A stretch of 64,000 bases of DNA from Antedon mediterranea (GCF_964355755.1 NC_092673.1:4278001-4342000); one strand, 5' to 3'; shown: positions 1 through 14,462, counted from the first letter of the stretch. Program-made: numbers and translations. The notes: generated by a model from the letters alone, not told the origin.

Positions 1-554
1 ATGTGCCTTTTCATTATTTCACTCATTTATTATGCGTTTTTGCAATTATTAAGGTTAATTACTAGATGCAGTGTTTGTTTTAAATAAATGTTATTAATCT
101 GTTGGTAACTCCCACAAAGCCACAGATGCTGATATCATCCGAAAGCAGACTTGATCTTTGTCATAGACCCTAGGACGTATCTTTATATAAAATATCTAAA
201 ATTGTGCTGTTTATGAAAGAATATAGATATAAATTGATTATAATTCGATGGAAAATCCTGTGGGGTAGTCATAAAGTTTGCTAGCTTTATATTCATTGGT
301 TTTAAATATAAATCATGAAAACAAACGTCTCAAAGCAATGTGAAAATAAGTAAAAAAATGGAACAATTCAATTGAGAATGTAAAAGTTCATGCCAGTGCC
401 TAAACCAAAATATTGGGATACGCCTGCGTCACTATTAAACCAGGGTTTGAAGTAATGAATCGCAGTTAGCATCAGGACTCGGGTGCTTCCTATACTAGCA
501 AAGAAGGTAGCACCAGCAACTAATGACTAAACTGACAAAAATAAACAAATCTAA

Positions 555-688
555 AGCTCTGTCTACACTATCAAACTTTATGTGACAACAAAATGTTATG
601 TGCCCATATATGGACATGATAATGTCACCATATTTGAGCACATCACACTTTTTTTTGGTCAAATTAGTTTGATAGTGTAGACAGGGCT
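555..688. mobile_element. MITE family 1 (TWA-flanked, PIF/Harbinger-type), copy A
   Basis: TIR AGCTCTGTCTACACTATCAAACT ... AGTTTGATAGTGTAGACAGGGCT; flanks TAA/TTA; interior shared with eight other copies. Confidence 0.85.
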
Positions 689-2114
689 TTAAACCTTTAT
701 TTATTTTACAAATGGAATCACAGATAAAAATGGAAGAATGCCACGATTTTGAATGGGATACATCGCAAGTTTGAATATAGATATCTTCATCAAAAATCTA
801 TAATCGATAAAATTTTAGTTAAATTATTCAATACAATTTTTATCTAAAAATGTTCATGTTTCAAACAAAAATGATGAATATGACTCAATAAACATTGATA
901 GGTGATGCTGCAGTTTTGATAATACTCACACGTTTGTATGTCATCACCAAAGTTGAAGCTACTCTCCTGAGACCGGGGTGATGGGGAAGGGGTAAAACAG
1001 GGTCAATTCAATGATAGATTCTCTTATTGTAAACTAGTGAAGACAATCTACAAGATTTGTTCGGTAAATCTCTTTTATTCGGCCAAAATACCACTAACAA
1101 GTAGCTTTGAAGAGACAGGATTAGGAGATGATTGTGATACGCCAATGGTGTCAAAGGTAACGAATATATATTTACAGATAAAAAGTAAAGACTTGTCCAT
1201 AATTCTTTTGTCTTAACTACATATTCAAAGATTAAACTGATCCATGATGTTTAGTGTTGAACATACAGAACTTAATACCTAATAGTCTTGCGTGGATCAA
1301 TGTAAAACTTTGTATGAGGTCTCGTTCAATAAGTTTTTTGTTTGTGTCAACGTTAAATACCTAATAAAATCACACTTTCTAAAACTTTAGGTGTTCAAGA
1401 AGATTCTGGTATAGTACTGTGACAGAACAAGGATTTGAACTTGGGCCAAGGGATTTGTAAACAATTTTTATGTCACTAATATAAATTAATGCTTTAGTTT
1501 TCTTCGAATTTATTATTATATTGTTGATGTTCTCTACTGAACCACCTTGGAAACCAATGCTACAGCACTGAAAGTTTCATTCAAAATAAAGACAGAATAA
1601 ATAAATAAATAATGTGCAGTGTCTTAAATCTAAAGAATGAAACTAAAAAATAAACATGTTTTTGTAATATGAAATTTCTTTTTCTTTAACAGCATTATTA
1701 GTTGAACAGTAATCGGTATAGCATTCCTAACCAACTAGCAACAGCTAAATTCTGCCCATGGCTATTTGCAAGGGTCAAGTTTACCTATAGACAAGTTAGG
1801 GTTGGGTTTATTATTATGTTTGTGTGTTCTAATTTTCAAAGTGGATTATACTTTTCTAATTTAATTATTTTAACAACAGTTTGTACATTAATATTAATAG
1901 AAATGTTTATGTTAAATGCCGTTTATATGTAAACACACAGTGTTTCACATTTGATTTTTGATCACTTGTTCTTTACTTTAATATTTCCTTGTATGAATGG
2001 CTATTTTCCAATTCGAAGCAACAAAAAAAAAAGTTTATCTCATAAAATGATCTGTTAATTCTTCCTGTAAATAATACACAAAGTAAATGTTTGTAGAGAA
2101 TAAAAGGAACTTAC

Positions 2115-2253
2115 AACTCAACCATATCTATTGGGAAAGCTGGGGGCAGTTCTGTCAAACCTTTCCCTCGGCAATCAACTACATCTGACTGGCAGGAACA
2201 CTTCTCGGGACACAATGGCTCAATTTTACATTGTTTGTCATGGTCTTCCTCTC
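2115..2253 (-). CDS. slit: slit exon 9, linker plus LRR N-terminal cap of D2 (Robo-binding domain); gene continues beyond position 1
   Basis: tag|GA...TT|gtaag; 139 nt, phase 1-2; EEDHDKQCKIEPLCPEKCSCQSDVVDCRGKGLTELPPAFPIDMVE; VDCRGKGLTE matches the Slit D2 N-cap. Confidence 0.94.
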
Positions 2254-5200
2254 CTAAAATTAATAACAAAAACACAATAATGCAATTATTTTATTTGGAT
2301 TTTATATTATATAATCAACAAAATATTTGGTTATTTTGTGGAACTGCATAGGCATATGCCAAATGACACGAAATAGGTACATAGTACAATCATATAGGAA
2401 CAAACAGTTGTAATACAAGTGAGCTATAGCCTCCGGCCAGATGGCCTAAATAGGGTCAAACTTTACATAGAGACACTTGGGAATCCACAAGGCAATAACC
2501 TTTGATACAACACCAACACCCAAGTACCAGAAGCTACCTCTGCCAAAGAAAAGGGCTATGGGGCTTAGGCCCTTGGGATGCGCAAGCCAGATCTGTTTCT
2601 TTGTTAGAATACGCAATATTAGCTGAAGGCACTTTGTACATGTGTTGACATCTCTAACTCCTGGGGAATAAAGGCTTGAAACAACTTTTCAACCATCATT
2701 TCTTCGCAAAGCAGCTCAGCAAAACCAACATCTTTTGTTGGTTTCTGTCTACAAAATAAATTCACTCTCATCTGACATACAGAATCAACTTAAATTGACA
2801 TTTGTCAATCAATTAGAGTGACATGAATTTTGTTCGATAAAAAAACCCATACATCGCAACAAAATAAAATGGTGCAAACTCATTAATTTAATAATATTTA
2901 CATATTTTTTAAAAAGAGGTTGGCTGTAATATTAAAATTTATATTTCCGTTCACTCATTTGCAAATGCCCTCTTTGTTTGTTTTATATATATAAGGGTAG
3001 TCATAAAAATGTGCATTACTCTTTTGGTTTTTTTCCCTGCATTTTTTTGCATTATGTTAACCATTTATCTCATCAAATAATCTTATGCATTAGAAAATAA
3101 ATTGAAATCTTTAAATCTTTATATAGTGGTGTCCTCTGTATAGGGGTGACCCAAATGAGGGGTTTTAATGCATTTGGATGTGTCTGGGTGGTGGTCACTT
3201 GGGTGGTTTCATGTGAACAAAAACTGAAAGCAGACCTCTTCAGAAGAACTGAAAGACAAGCCACAGATTTTTACCTGAACATAATAGTACAACACACATT
3301 TATAAGAAACTTTCCAAATTCATTTATGATTGTGATGACATTATATACAGTGTCTCCTATTGAGATACAGTAGTGTCACTTGGGTGTTAATTGCTAGGTC
3401 AGTACGGTAGTCTTATCGATTTTAAGCACGTTCACAGACATTGGTAGCACCACAGGCTAGAAAATCTCACATAGGGTAACCAAGTTTGAATGCCAATGAC
3501 AGTAACGTACACATTACTAAAATTAAAACTGATTGGTCATCTTATATTTCCAAGTGCTAATGATATAATTCAAATTGTGTGCAGAGAAATGTGTTAAAGG
3601 AGCAGGGAGATGTTGTGAAAAACTTCGCCTTGAACATGAGATAGCATGCGGATGCATTATGATCTATGCCTTGAGCCAGTAATAAAATAACACTAGTTAA
3701 AGCTCAATTTAACAATACTTTATTTGTATTCTTAATGAGTTCAAAGACATGTTTAAGGTTAAAAGACAAAAACATACAGTATATACATACTTTGTTTATA
3801 TCTTAACCTACTTGTCAATACAGTAATATAAATAAATGGTAGGAAAAATTAATTAACTTGATAATAGGGACTTTATGAGCTTTAACAAAGTGAGAGTAGC
3901 TTAGCGTGAAATTCAAATTTATGAGAACGATATCATAAAGTTGCTATTTTCCTGTTTACGGAGAACGACTAGTGAAACTTAGTTATCAACAAATATTATA
4001 TTATTTTTAAAAAACACAAAAAACTATATACAAGTTTTACGAATTAGCTACATTATGACTAATGAGTAGAAAAGGAAGACTTCTGTCATAGATTTGTCCC
4101 CGGAACAATATTCCTTGAATTCTATTGTAGTAGTCAAATAACTTAGCATAAAAATCAAATTAGATTCTAGCAAGTCATCATTTTCCCCTGCAACATCTTA
4201 AAGAAATTATCCATCTTATGAGATGATGGCATGTTTAAACTTTGGCCAATGACTCAGTTAAACAAATAGCTGTAGACTAGAATTGACAGAAACGCTTCAT
4301 TAAAATTATTCTATAATAATCCGTTCATTACAAATTGTTTAATTCTATTTTATTGAATGAAAGCAAAACCAAATACAAACTAATAATATACCATTATGTT
4401 ATCTTTGTTTTACTGAAAACAATCCTTAGATATATAGCCTATTAAATTATATTATAAATTTACAAATGAGAATTTGTACTGAACTGCTACAATTTCTTTC
4501 GGAACATCTTACTGAAGTTTTTGCAGGTGTGTAAACTCTACTGTGACACCTCAACGTAATCAAATAATATTGGCTGTGAATAAATTGAATTTGTGATTTC
4601 TCCCTTGTGGGTAGATTTCTATAAATATTGCAATATAATATTTGTATTAAATAATAAGCTTAGGAGAAAAATCTAGATACCACCAACTACAATTGAACAC
4701 CCATATCAGTGAGAAAATTCACCCACCTTAGTGAGAAAATTGTATGACAATAATATCTCTCCTTGCTAAAGATTAGCAAGGCAATTAATTTACTGGGCAA
4801 ATTGTGAGAAAGTAAAAGAATATTTTACAGAACCTAGAAAGGAAATTGCCTGGAAAGGCCCAAGATTTAAATATCATGCCAAATAATATTCACAATTATT
4901 GGCTGAAACACAACATATGTGCCATAGTAAAAACAGGATTGAGTACCAGGTTAAATTTCTTGGTTCATCTCCCATCTTCATAATCAGTATTATCTTTTTA
5001 ATGGAATCCATACATTGGTTGGTACCGTTCTAATCAAAGCCAGATTTCAAAGCGACAAATTCATCTCACCGTTTGAAGAAAGCTAATAGGGAAATAATAC
5101 TCCCATGAGTCTAGTATCTAATCAATTTTTCCACGAATCCAACTTGTTCTACAAACTTAGTGATATTAATATATTAGGATATTAATTAGAACTTTGTTCA

Positions 5201-8200
5201 TTAGTCAAGTACTAAAACAACTAATTTAATCACAAATTATTAATTATCTTAGGCCTAATTGTATTTTCAGAAAACAAACAAGGCATTTGAAATAGTAAAA
5301 ATATATTAACACGATAACACAGAATTTGCTAATACAGAAAAGTTTTGCTCCTATAATCTTATAAAATATTTCTGTTTTACATCTGTTGTTTTTTTATTTA
5401 TTTTTGTAAATTTCTTTTTCAAAAGAAGACCTTGATATTATTGCTATGAGGCTGTTTTGGCAGTTATTGTAAAATCATTCTGTAACTTCCTTTCAATAAT
5501 CTACCAACAATTTCAACGTGCGTTTATGAACACACACTTTGGCAAAGTGGGGAAAACTTCAATATTTGTTCTAAAAACATCACAATTACTTAACGTTACA
5601 TTTCAAACCATGTTAATTAAGTTACACCATTTTTAGGGTGAACCATGTATAATATATTAGCTAATTTCCTTTCTAGCGGGAGGTCAAAAGAGTATTAACC
5701 CGCCACAAACAACGCTAAACAAACTACACTATACAACCTTGCCTTCCCCCCTCATGATGTCATCACTCGGCCTCTTTAGCCAGACAAATTCCTAGTATTT
5801 ATAACATGAATACAACTATATTAATTTTAATACATTTGGTATAGATTAAATATAGTTGAATTACTATCCTTAGACATCACATATTCTATCTCTATGGGAA
5901 GGATATAAAGATCATTGTAACATTTTGTCATATATTAACTATCAACATTAATTAAAGATAATAAAATCTGCGGAGTCGGCTACTTGCATGGCAGTTAACA
6001 CGGAATCTAAATTTATCGTTTTTAGTATAATAAAATACTTCCTCAACCTTGAAAAAACAGGTGATATGAATTAGACAAATTGAAATTTAACAAAAACATT
6101 AATTTTGTTATCTTATCAAACTTATTAATCATTCACAAAACAGTTCAATGTTAATGGAAAACATTAATACAATATCACCCTGTCATCCTCATTGAAATTC
6201 AGTAATGTCTAGGGAGGAGGGATTGTGGGTGAGAGGAAGAGGAAGGGTGGGCTTATCCTTGGGGATCAATAAATGTAGTGTAACATAACTATTGATTATA
6301 AGTCAGAATAGTAAATTAATAACTGGTAATTAGTAGGCCTACTAACGAACTTGACAAGAATTACTGACAAACAGACAAAATGTCAATTTTAGATATGATC
6401 ATGTACTGATATCAATTAACTGTAAATATTTGTGTAGGTTGTATGAAGATTGTTCTCACTGTCTATCAATAATTTCCACTTGCCTTAACCACCAAGTACT
6501 ATATCACAAATCTCTATTCAGAGTCAAGTGGCCTTAATGGTAAAGAAATAGGTCCTCGATTTTTATAACCGCAAAATGTTTTGTTCCGGTACTCTCTCTT
6601 TGAACACAAGGATACATCATTCATTTTAATCACACTATTTGTAATATATTTTAGCCTTTATACACAGTTTAAAAAAACATCATGTATTGAATATTATTAT
6701 GTTTTTATGATTGTGACTAATATAAAATAATTAGTTTGTAAACATTTTAAGTGATAAAGATTTTTTATTTTTACTATCTTTCATACTTGGTTTAATATTA
6801 ATATCTGTCTTCTCTAATACAAGGTAGACATTGACTTGCTGTTTGTTTATATTTTTGTGTTTTTCTTTTTATAAAATATACTACATATATAAAACAATTT
6901 TGATGAAGAAAATTACAAAGCCATGGGTCACTCAATCTCAGATAAATTAAGAGGCAAATAAAATAAGCAAAAGGCTACACAAAACTGTTTTTTTTTAAAT
7001 GATTTTTAAAAATTACATGTCAACCAAATGTACGTCATTGATGCTATGCATTATTCCATGATGACATCATATGATAGTTTTAATTAATGAAGTCATGCCT
7101 CATTACATATGGTTCACATTGAACTACTACCCCACTTAATATGCTTAATTAAACAAAGTTAATTTGGCATGTTTAACTCGAGTGTACATTTCAATTGTTG
7201 TTGACAAGCGGATTTATATTAAATTCCTATAGGTAAAGTAAAACTAAAAGATATAACCATCCTATAGTTTCAAAATTTCATCAATTAAAATTTATTTAAT
7301 ATTTACAACATTCAAGTTAAGGAGAAATCAGAATTGATCTTTATTTATGACATGTTTCAGGGCATGCTCATTATCAAGTAAAAAGAAATTAAGTTTCTCA
7401 AAATCAGGCAAAACAAACTGGAAATTGCAATTTACAGTAGGCCTACTTTAGATTGTTTAAATAAGGTTCAAATAAAAATAATTTGAATTTAAAAAAAAGT
7501 AAAATAAAAATAAATGTACTGTAGTGTTAAAATAAAAATAAACTAGTTGAAGCCCTAAAGAAAGTTATAGTTGATGACTGATAACACTATTTGTTCATTT
7601 GGATGATGGTGATTTTGATAATTTTCTGAATTTTTCCGTACACTTTAACTAATGCAGAGCAAAGTTGCTAAGTGCTTTCAAAAGGAACAAGTACAAGGGA
7701 TAAGTACAGTTTCATTAGCCCGCTTCCTGCGGAAACCAGAAACTACATCCAAACTTGAGTAAAAAAAGAACTTTATTAATCCGTACTAGATAGAAATAAT
7801 ACAGACGTATTATTCATGACAGGGTCCGGGGAAAAAATTAAACTCCAGACAACCTTTTAGTCAATAAGTTAATAACACTTATATTTATATATACTTAAAA
7901 TATGAAGTATCAAAAGTTAAATGCAAGCAATTGGTCATTTTACTCAAACGATGGCATTTCCTGCAACTGACATAGTGGATCAAATCAAAGATAACTCTAC
8001 ATCCCTTATTTAACTATAAAATACTACTATTCATCACTTGGTAAAGATCTATGGTTAAAGCATTAGTATTCATGATATGATTATTTATAATTGTGGCAAA
8101 ACTATATTTTGAATAGTGTTCAAATACACATTATATTATTAAATTTAAAACATGCATTCATTCTATAATTGTTTTAAAGTTTATGGCGTAATAGTTCTAA

Positions 8201-9389
8201 TGATAAAGGGACGCAATTCTTCCAACTGTGTTAGTCTAAAGAATTGCTAGATCACATGATTTGATTTTAAGGGTATACAATTACGAAGTATATTATACCT
8301 AACTTGTTATCTTAACTCTTGCAAATTTCATACAAAATTCACAAATTGAAATCTTTATTCATGCTGCACTACACACAAAAGAAGGTCCGGTCTAACTTTT
8401 CAACGATTGTTTTCTAGCCAATACAAACCAACTGAACGAGAAAAATAAACATGGTTTATCATTGTTGTGTCGCTCAGCTGGACGACAGGCATGCTTTGGA
8501 GTTGTACAGGAAGAAATGCGAACGACTGTCACGCGACTAAATTTCCATTCTAAAGAAATTCAATAAATGTTAGAAATGTTTATACAATGAAATAAACAGA
8601 AATCTATAAAAAAAACATCAGAAATTGACAGTTAAAACAAATGGAAGTACTTTTCCATTATTCCAATGATGTTAAAAACAAAACTTCAATCGTAACAGTT
8701 AATAGGAGAAACGTTTACCTAGACTTTTGATGAATTTCCAATTGACTAATATTTTATTTTTAAAAAAGTGTTCAAACATGTAAAATAAAGACCAACTGTT
8801 CAAATGTATGAATCACAAATGTTTGACTTTATAACCTCTTTTTAATTAACAAAACTAAAATTTAACAACTATTAAACGTTCTCAATAAATCTAAAATCAG
8901 ACTTGATGTCTGAGTTGGCAAAGTGCTCTTCGCACTCGCACAAAATTAAGTTACTTTCCAATTGCAACTCTTTTATCTATAAAACAACATTTAATTTGCC
9001 GTGATAGATAGAATTACAAGACACATGTCTTTTGTTGAGAGACATTTAAACTTTTATTTTTGTTGTAAAGTAGCTGGCCCTTTAAATATAATTGTAATCA
9101 AATTTGCCCGACAGAGGTTGACGTCTGCGGAACGTGGCCTTTAAGGATGGCCTATTCATTTTATGAAATTGACTTAATAAGACTTCAGTGGTGTACTTAA
9201 TGCTACCAGGTGATTTATAATTGCTACAAATGTACAGCTATTTATTTCAGGTGTTTGATTATTATCTTAAATTTGTTCTCACGTGTAACAAATGTAAAAT
9301 TTACTAATTTAATTTATACTAATGGCACCATAGTCCTTAGTTGACCTGAGACTATACTTAGATCAAAACGTTTGAATCTAATTTATGCA

Positions 9390-9585
9390 GTGGTATTATG
9401 CTTGAGTACAGCATTATGATTGGTCAAGTAGGTTAAAGCTGATTTAAATAAAACAGAAGTAAATGGCTAAGAATACAGAATAATTTGCAATGGCATTATT
9501 ATATTTGAGTACAGCTTTATGATTGGTCAAATATGTTAAAGCTAATTTAAATAAAACAGAAGGAAATGGCTAGGAATAATTTGCC
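9390..9585. repeat. Tandem duplication, period about 103 bp, 2 copies
   Basis: GAGTACAGC(A/T)TTATGATTGGTCAA...AATAAAACAGAAG.AAATGGCTA at 9404 and 9507. Confidence 0.8.
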
Positions 9586-10399
9586 CTTTGTTGAGTAAAC
9601 CGCACTGTAAAAAGTCTTTGCCATGAATGACTTGGAAAAATCCCAAATCATTTTCTACAGTTGTTTGTCAGGTTCATGGCTAGTTTAGGGAAAGGGGGGA
9701 TTTGGGAATCGAAATCCAGGGACCTACATACTGAATGTTTTTGTATTGCTTTTAGATAGAAATAGAAAATGTGAAATAAAGACTACAATAGGGCTTTAAA
9801 AATAAATTCTCTGAGGCTGATCTTTTTTTTTAAACAGGAGAGCGAGAACACAATAATATTAATAGTCTGTATATAGATATCAAAAAAATAGTTCATAATG
9901 TCATTTTAACAGTTAAAGAGAGGTAGTGCGTAATCCAAGAACTACCACTAAATTATTATTACCTTAGTTTACAGAAAATCAATAACATTTAAACACAAAT
10001 GAAAAAGGGACGGAACGCCAGAAAAGATGTCATATTTTCCGTACGAATTTAGAATGAATACTTTCTATGTTGTATTTGCTAAATATAGGACAGAGTTGAA
10101 ATACTTTGGTTATGATGCAAAATCACCATGGATATAAAAACTTTACAGGTTTGTCTTAAGGGCATACACAGGCAATTGCACACATTTTCGTACATCAAGC
10201 GCAGACAGACATTTTCTATGAATATTTATGAACTTTGCAGTAACTATTCCTAGGGAACAGAGACAATGAACTGGAATGATCATTATATGTCAATAGGTAT
10301 ATTTCAAAAAAAGTGCAAAATAAATTGTATGTATATATTTTTAGAAACGTTTTAAAACATGGATTGAATGGTTAACATAGAGAAATCCTGATGTAAGTG

Positions 10400-10649
10400 G
10401 CAATAGGCATTTTCTTGTGCGAGTCCCGTGTTCTCTGAACTTAGGAGAATGAGCTGTTAGGAGCTCATTGTACTAAGCCTCGGCATTATGTGGTAGGGTG
10501 GCCAGTTCCTTTCCACGCCGCCTTTTTTCTCCCTAGTATTTTCAACCAGGTACTCATTTACAGCTGAGTGGACTGGGAGTTGTCGGGAATTGAACCCTGG
10601 TCTATCTGTATGACAGTCAAGTGTCCTAACCACTCGGCTATCCAACTCC
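10400..10649 (-). mobile_element. tRNA-derived SINE
   Basis: Minus strand reads GGAGTTGGATAGCCGAGTGG (A box) ... GGGTTCAATTCCC (B box), then a non-tRNA body GTCCACTCAGCTGTAAATGAGTACCTGG...GGAACTGGCCACCCTACC. The 3' end is approximate. Confidence 0.8.
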
Positions 10650-11653
10650 TGTATATAATATAGTTTTATGGATAAAATGAAGAAAAAATAATGATCTATT
10701 TCATTCTAAGTTACTTTGATAAATCTACAACACCATATTGGCAAATCATTTATTATCTCTATATATTATGCACTTTATTTTTATACCTTGGTTTAATGAA
10801 ATAATAATAGTGCAAAAGATATTCCTATTTATTATTTTATTATTCCTTTATATTTCACTGTCTTAATTGCTTCTCATTGTTTCACTCTAGGCCGTCAATT
10901 CATCTCATTAAAATCAGGAACGAATCATGAAGTTTTTGCATGGAAATCATCTCCGTATTGTTGAAGAGAATCGATGATGAAGGACAACTGTCTCGCAGGA
11001 TAATGACTCAAATCAACTCTCTTTTTAAACATCTTAGAACATGAGTCAGGACTTGGGAAAGTATAATATCATGAACACAAAAACTGCCAATTCCTATGAG
11101 GATATATCATATAGATAGAAGATAATCAGATTAAATTTATACTATTGCATTTATGAATGGTTTCTTGTTTATTGAATTTATTGAGTAACATACACATAAC
11201 ATTCAATGTCTATTAGGTAAAGTTTTTTTACTAACAGAAACCAAAACTAACAAATGTTAAATGTGAAAGCACTTATAAACTTTATAATAAGATGTTACTA
11301 ATCAGCTGACTACGAAACAAAGACAAGTTTAGGTGATTTTATAAAAGAAAACTATATAGATATGACAGCTCTATATTTGGATTGTTTATCATGAGATTTA
11401 TCAGTGATTATGTCCTTATATAGACGTGTGTATAAATGGACTTACTTTGCTCAGAATATTTAAGTCAGTGTAATAGATATACTTAAAACAGTTAATCTGA
11501 AAATTAATCTAAAATTTTGAAATCAACAGGAAGAGGTACGTTGTTATCCTCGACAGGATCTGGCGCAAAAAGCGTCATTTCAACCCATTGCTTATGTTTA
11601 TGATTCTATAACTTTTTTTTTAATACTGGTTATCAGAAAATTGTGTGTCCTTA

Positions 11654-11830
11654 AGCTCTGTCTACACTATCAAACTTTATGTTTATGTGATGTGCCCATA
11701 TATGAACATGATGATGTCATATCACTACCATATTTGAGCATATCACTACCATTATTTGGGCATATCACTACCATTATTTGGGCACATCACACTCTTTTTG
11801 TCAAACTAGTTTGATAGTGTAGACAGAGCT
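11654..11830. mobile_element. MITE family 1, copy B
   Basis: Perfect 23-bp TIRs, TTA on both sides, three internal units of about 21-22 bp (ATCACTACCATATTTGGGCAT). Confidence 0.9.
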
Positions 11831-12723
11831 TTATGCCATGATCATGCAACAAACATCTTTCTTATAGACTTGTAAAAATAAAGTTGACCTACAATTGAGC
11901 AATCGCATTAAATATCTGACTTTGATTATCATTACAAGTTCAAAAACGTTTAAAACGTCGAACACGTGTAGCCAAAAAAAAAAAGATGAGATTGCCAATT
12001 CTAGTTCTTTTCATAGAGTGAGAATTGACTTCACATCTAGAGAGGATACTTAGTAATAACCGATTCTAGATAGGCACATTAAAACATTAATCATGGTTGA
12101 ATATACAGCTGAATTTATAAACTCAATATAGGAGAATTCCTAAATGAATTGCTGGAACCTTGCAACACACGCGGATTTGATGCAATCGCTATGCCATGCA
12201 TTTAAGTATAATCAACATGGTTTGTATGTATTTATAAGATAAGGTCTTTATGTCTAAAGGGGAATTATAATTAGTGGCGGGGTTCCAACTGGGATACTAC
12301 TTGGATGAATGTATACATGTGAACTACTTAACTTAAATCAAAGACAAGTGGTCTGACAGCAAATTTAAAGACTGACCAACATTGCTTACATTTTAAACTG
12401 ACTTACTGTAATAATGTCTTTAGTTAGGGACTGTTTTATTGGTAAAATCTGACAAGGGACTTATAAACTCCTAGTAGTACGAAATCCCAAAACTCAGTAA
12501 AATGAATTTATTAATTACTATAAATAAAATAATAGTGTAGTTGTGAATCTATGGATGTCCTGTAACCTTTCTTTTATTAAATCTAGGCATGGGACAATTT
12601 TATCTAAAAATCAAAGTAAATTGAATTATCATTTCAAACAGCTATCCCAAAACTGGACAATTTTGCATTAAATTGTCATTTGGTTAGGGATAACTTCATT
12701 GGTTAAACAATTGAAAAGGAATA

Positions 12724-13047
12724 GTAGTGAGTGGCCGAGCGGTTAAGACAGTGGAACCGTAATTACGTAGCCATAACATCGGCAGGGGTTCGAGGCTCAC
12801 TCACTCCATGGTTCTGGTGGTAGAACGAGTCTTCTCGGATAAGGACTATAAACCGTAGGTCCAGTGTACACATCTAGCTCGTGTGCACTTTAAAGAACCT
12901 AGTACATCTTTCGAGACGAGTAGGGGGTTACCTCGGTGTATTAGTACATCACAGCCACTGATCACCAACTGGGCCCTCTGGGAGACCAGTCTTTGACTGA
13001 AGAGGTTACCCGTATAAATATAAATTTCAATCAATCAATCAATCAAT
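12724..13047 (+). mobile_element. tRNA-derived SINE with Deu/Nin-like central domain and (TCAA)n tail
   Basis: A box TGGCCGAGCGG (12732-12742), B box GGTTCGAGGC (12787-12796), core GGATAAGGACTATAAACCGTAGGTCC...TTAAAGAACC...GAGTAGGGGGTTACCTCGGTGT, tail of five TCAA units. Confidence 0.85.
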
Positions 13048-14298
13048 AAATAATCGAACAAGAACTCATTGTAAAGAAGAAATCAGTTGTCTCTAGATTA
13101 AGGACTGGTTCTTATTAGGACCACTATTTAATCTTATTGAATTTGAATGCATCTACTAATAACAAGTTATGTGCACATCCTATACATGTAATGGCCAGTA
13201 TCTAAAAAGATTCTGGCGGTTCTTCAACATATATAAAATTGCCTCTCATTAGACCTACATATTAACAAGTGTTAGGAGTGAAAGACCTGTATTTCAGCAT
13301 TTGTCTCCTCAACACAATCTCCAATGAGGGAAAAAACTCTCATCATGTTTATGATAGCCTACCTAACCTGGGCTAACCACTGTTTATGCATACGATGTAG
13401 TAAGTCGTAATAAAAGTGTAACTTTTTAGTTGCATTACATCTCTGCATCACGTACTGATAATTTGTTTCATTGATGTTTACTTGTAAAATTTAAAGTGGT
13501 AATTCCAAACCATGGTTAAACAGAGTCTGTTGAGAATTGGGAAGATACAATATAATTTCTTTTAATAAGAAATAAGGCAAGTAACATCCTCATATCAAGG
13601 ATAAACAATTTTTACAAATCCAGCTGTTATAATCTTCAAATTATTGAATTATTATAATTATTTAGGTTCGGAATGCAATGGTATTCAATAAGCTTGCACT
13701 AGTATTGAAATGTTCCTTTTTACAGCAAAAAATGTGACACATAAAAGTTTCCATGAACTTTCAGAACAGGACATTGTATATACCTATACACCCACATATG
13801 GAATTTCTAGGAATGAAATACTAAAAATGTAAAACTTTGATAGATTTTATTACCATATTGGTTGTGTTTTCATACATGCATTCCAGGTAGAAAACATCAT
13901 CAAATAACAATGCATGGTTACAATGAACACATAACCTTTGACATGAGGCTCCACAAAGTGCATTAACGATCAAGAGGTAATGAAAAGTCACCTCTTCCAA
14001 CTCTAGGAGTGAGGTAAACCGAAGATGTAAGGTCATAGTTTAAATGGTCTTAGGATTTTGAACATAAATCAACACACGCTTAGAGAAAGAAAGGGGTAGT
14101 ACGTCAGTTTAAATATCAAATTTGTTCCTTAAAAATTACATTTTTAGTATGTTTGTGATGTTGATAATTAGATTAATTGTTTATAGAGCAAGTTCCCAAA
14201 GTAACCTGGAAGGATAAATTATGTTTCATAATTTATTTTAGTAATCGAATTATCAAAACAAAAAGACATTTTCACTTTTAAAGAATGCAGTTTCATAC

Positions 14299-14462
14299 CT
14301 ATACACACAAAGTCCTGACTTTGTAGCTCTTCTATCTTGCTGCCTCGGAGCGGTTTAGGCCCGGCACATCTTGTGAAGAGCGCCAGCTTAGTGTTACGCT
14401 TTAACCAAACACTAAACCACGCTAAATGGCAATCGCAGTTCAGCCGGTTGTTCGATAAGCGC
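14299..14462 (-). CDS. slit: slit exon 8, LRR C-terminal cap of D1
   Basis: tag|G...G|gtatg; 164 nt, phase 2-1; RLSNNRLNCDCHLAWFSVWLKRNTKLALFTRCAGPKPLRGSKIEELQSQDFVCI(G); CDCHLAW is characteristic of Slit D1. Confidence 0.95.

Noticed and set aside
930-966. Minus-strand exon-like segment with polypyrimidine tract, cag acceptor and gtgagt donor, considered as slit exon 10
   Set aside because: It is 37 nt, breaks the frame and has no LRR pattern. The expected 72-bp exon 10 was not found in 1-2114 and presumably lies outside the window.
5070-5082. Possible micro-exon in intron 8 (tag|CTTTCTTCAAACG|gtgag)
   Set aside because: 13 nt, frame-shifting, no other support.
6210-6265. G-rich tract (also about 34135-34160) with G-quadruplex potential
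   Set aside because: Short and irregular; nothing indicates function.
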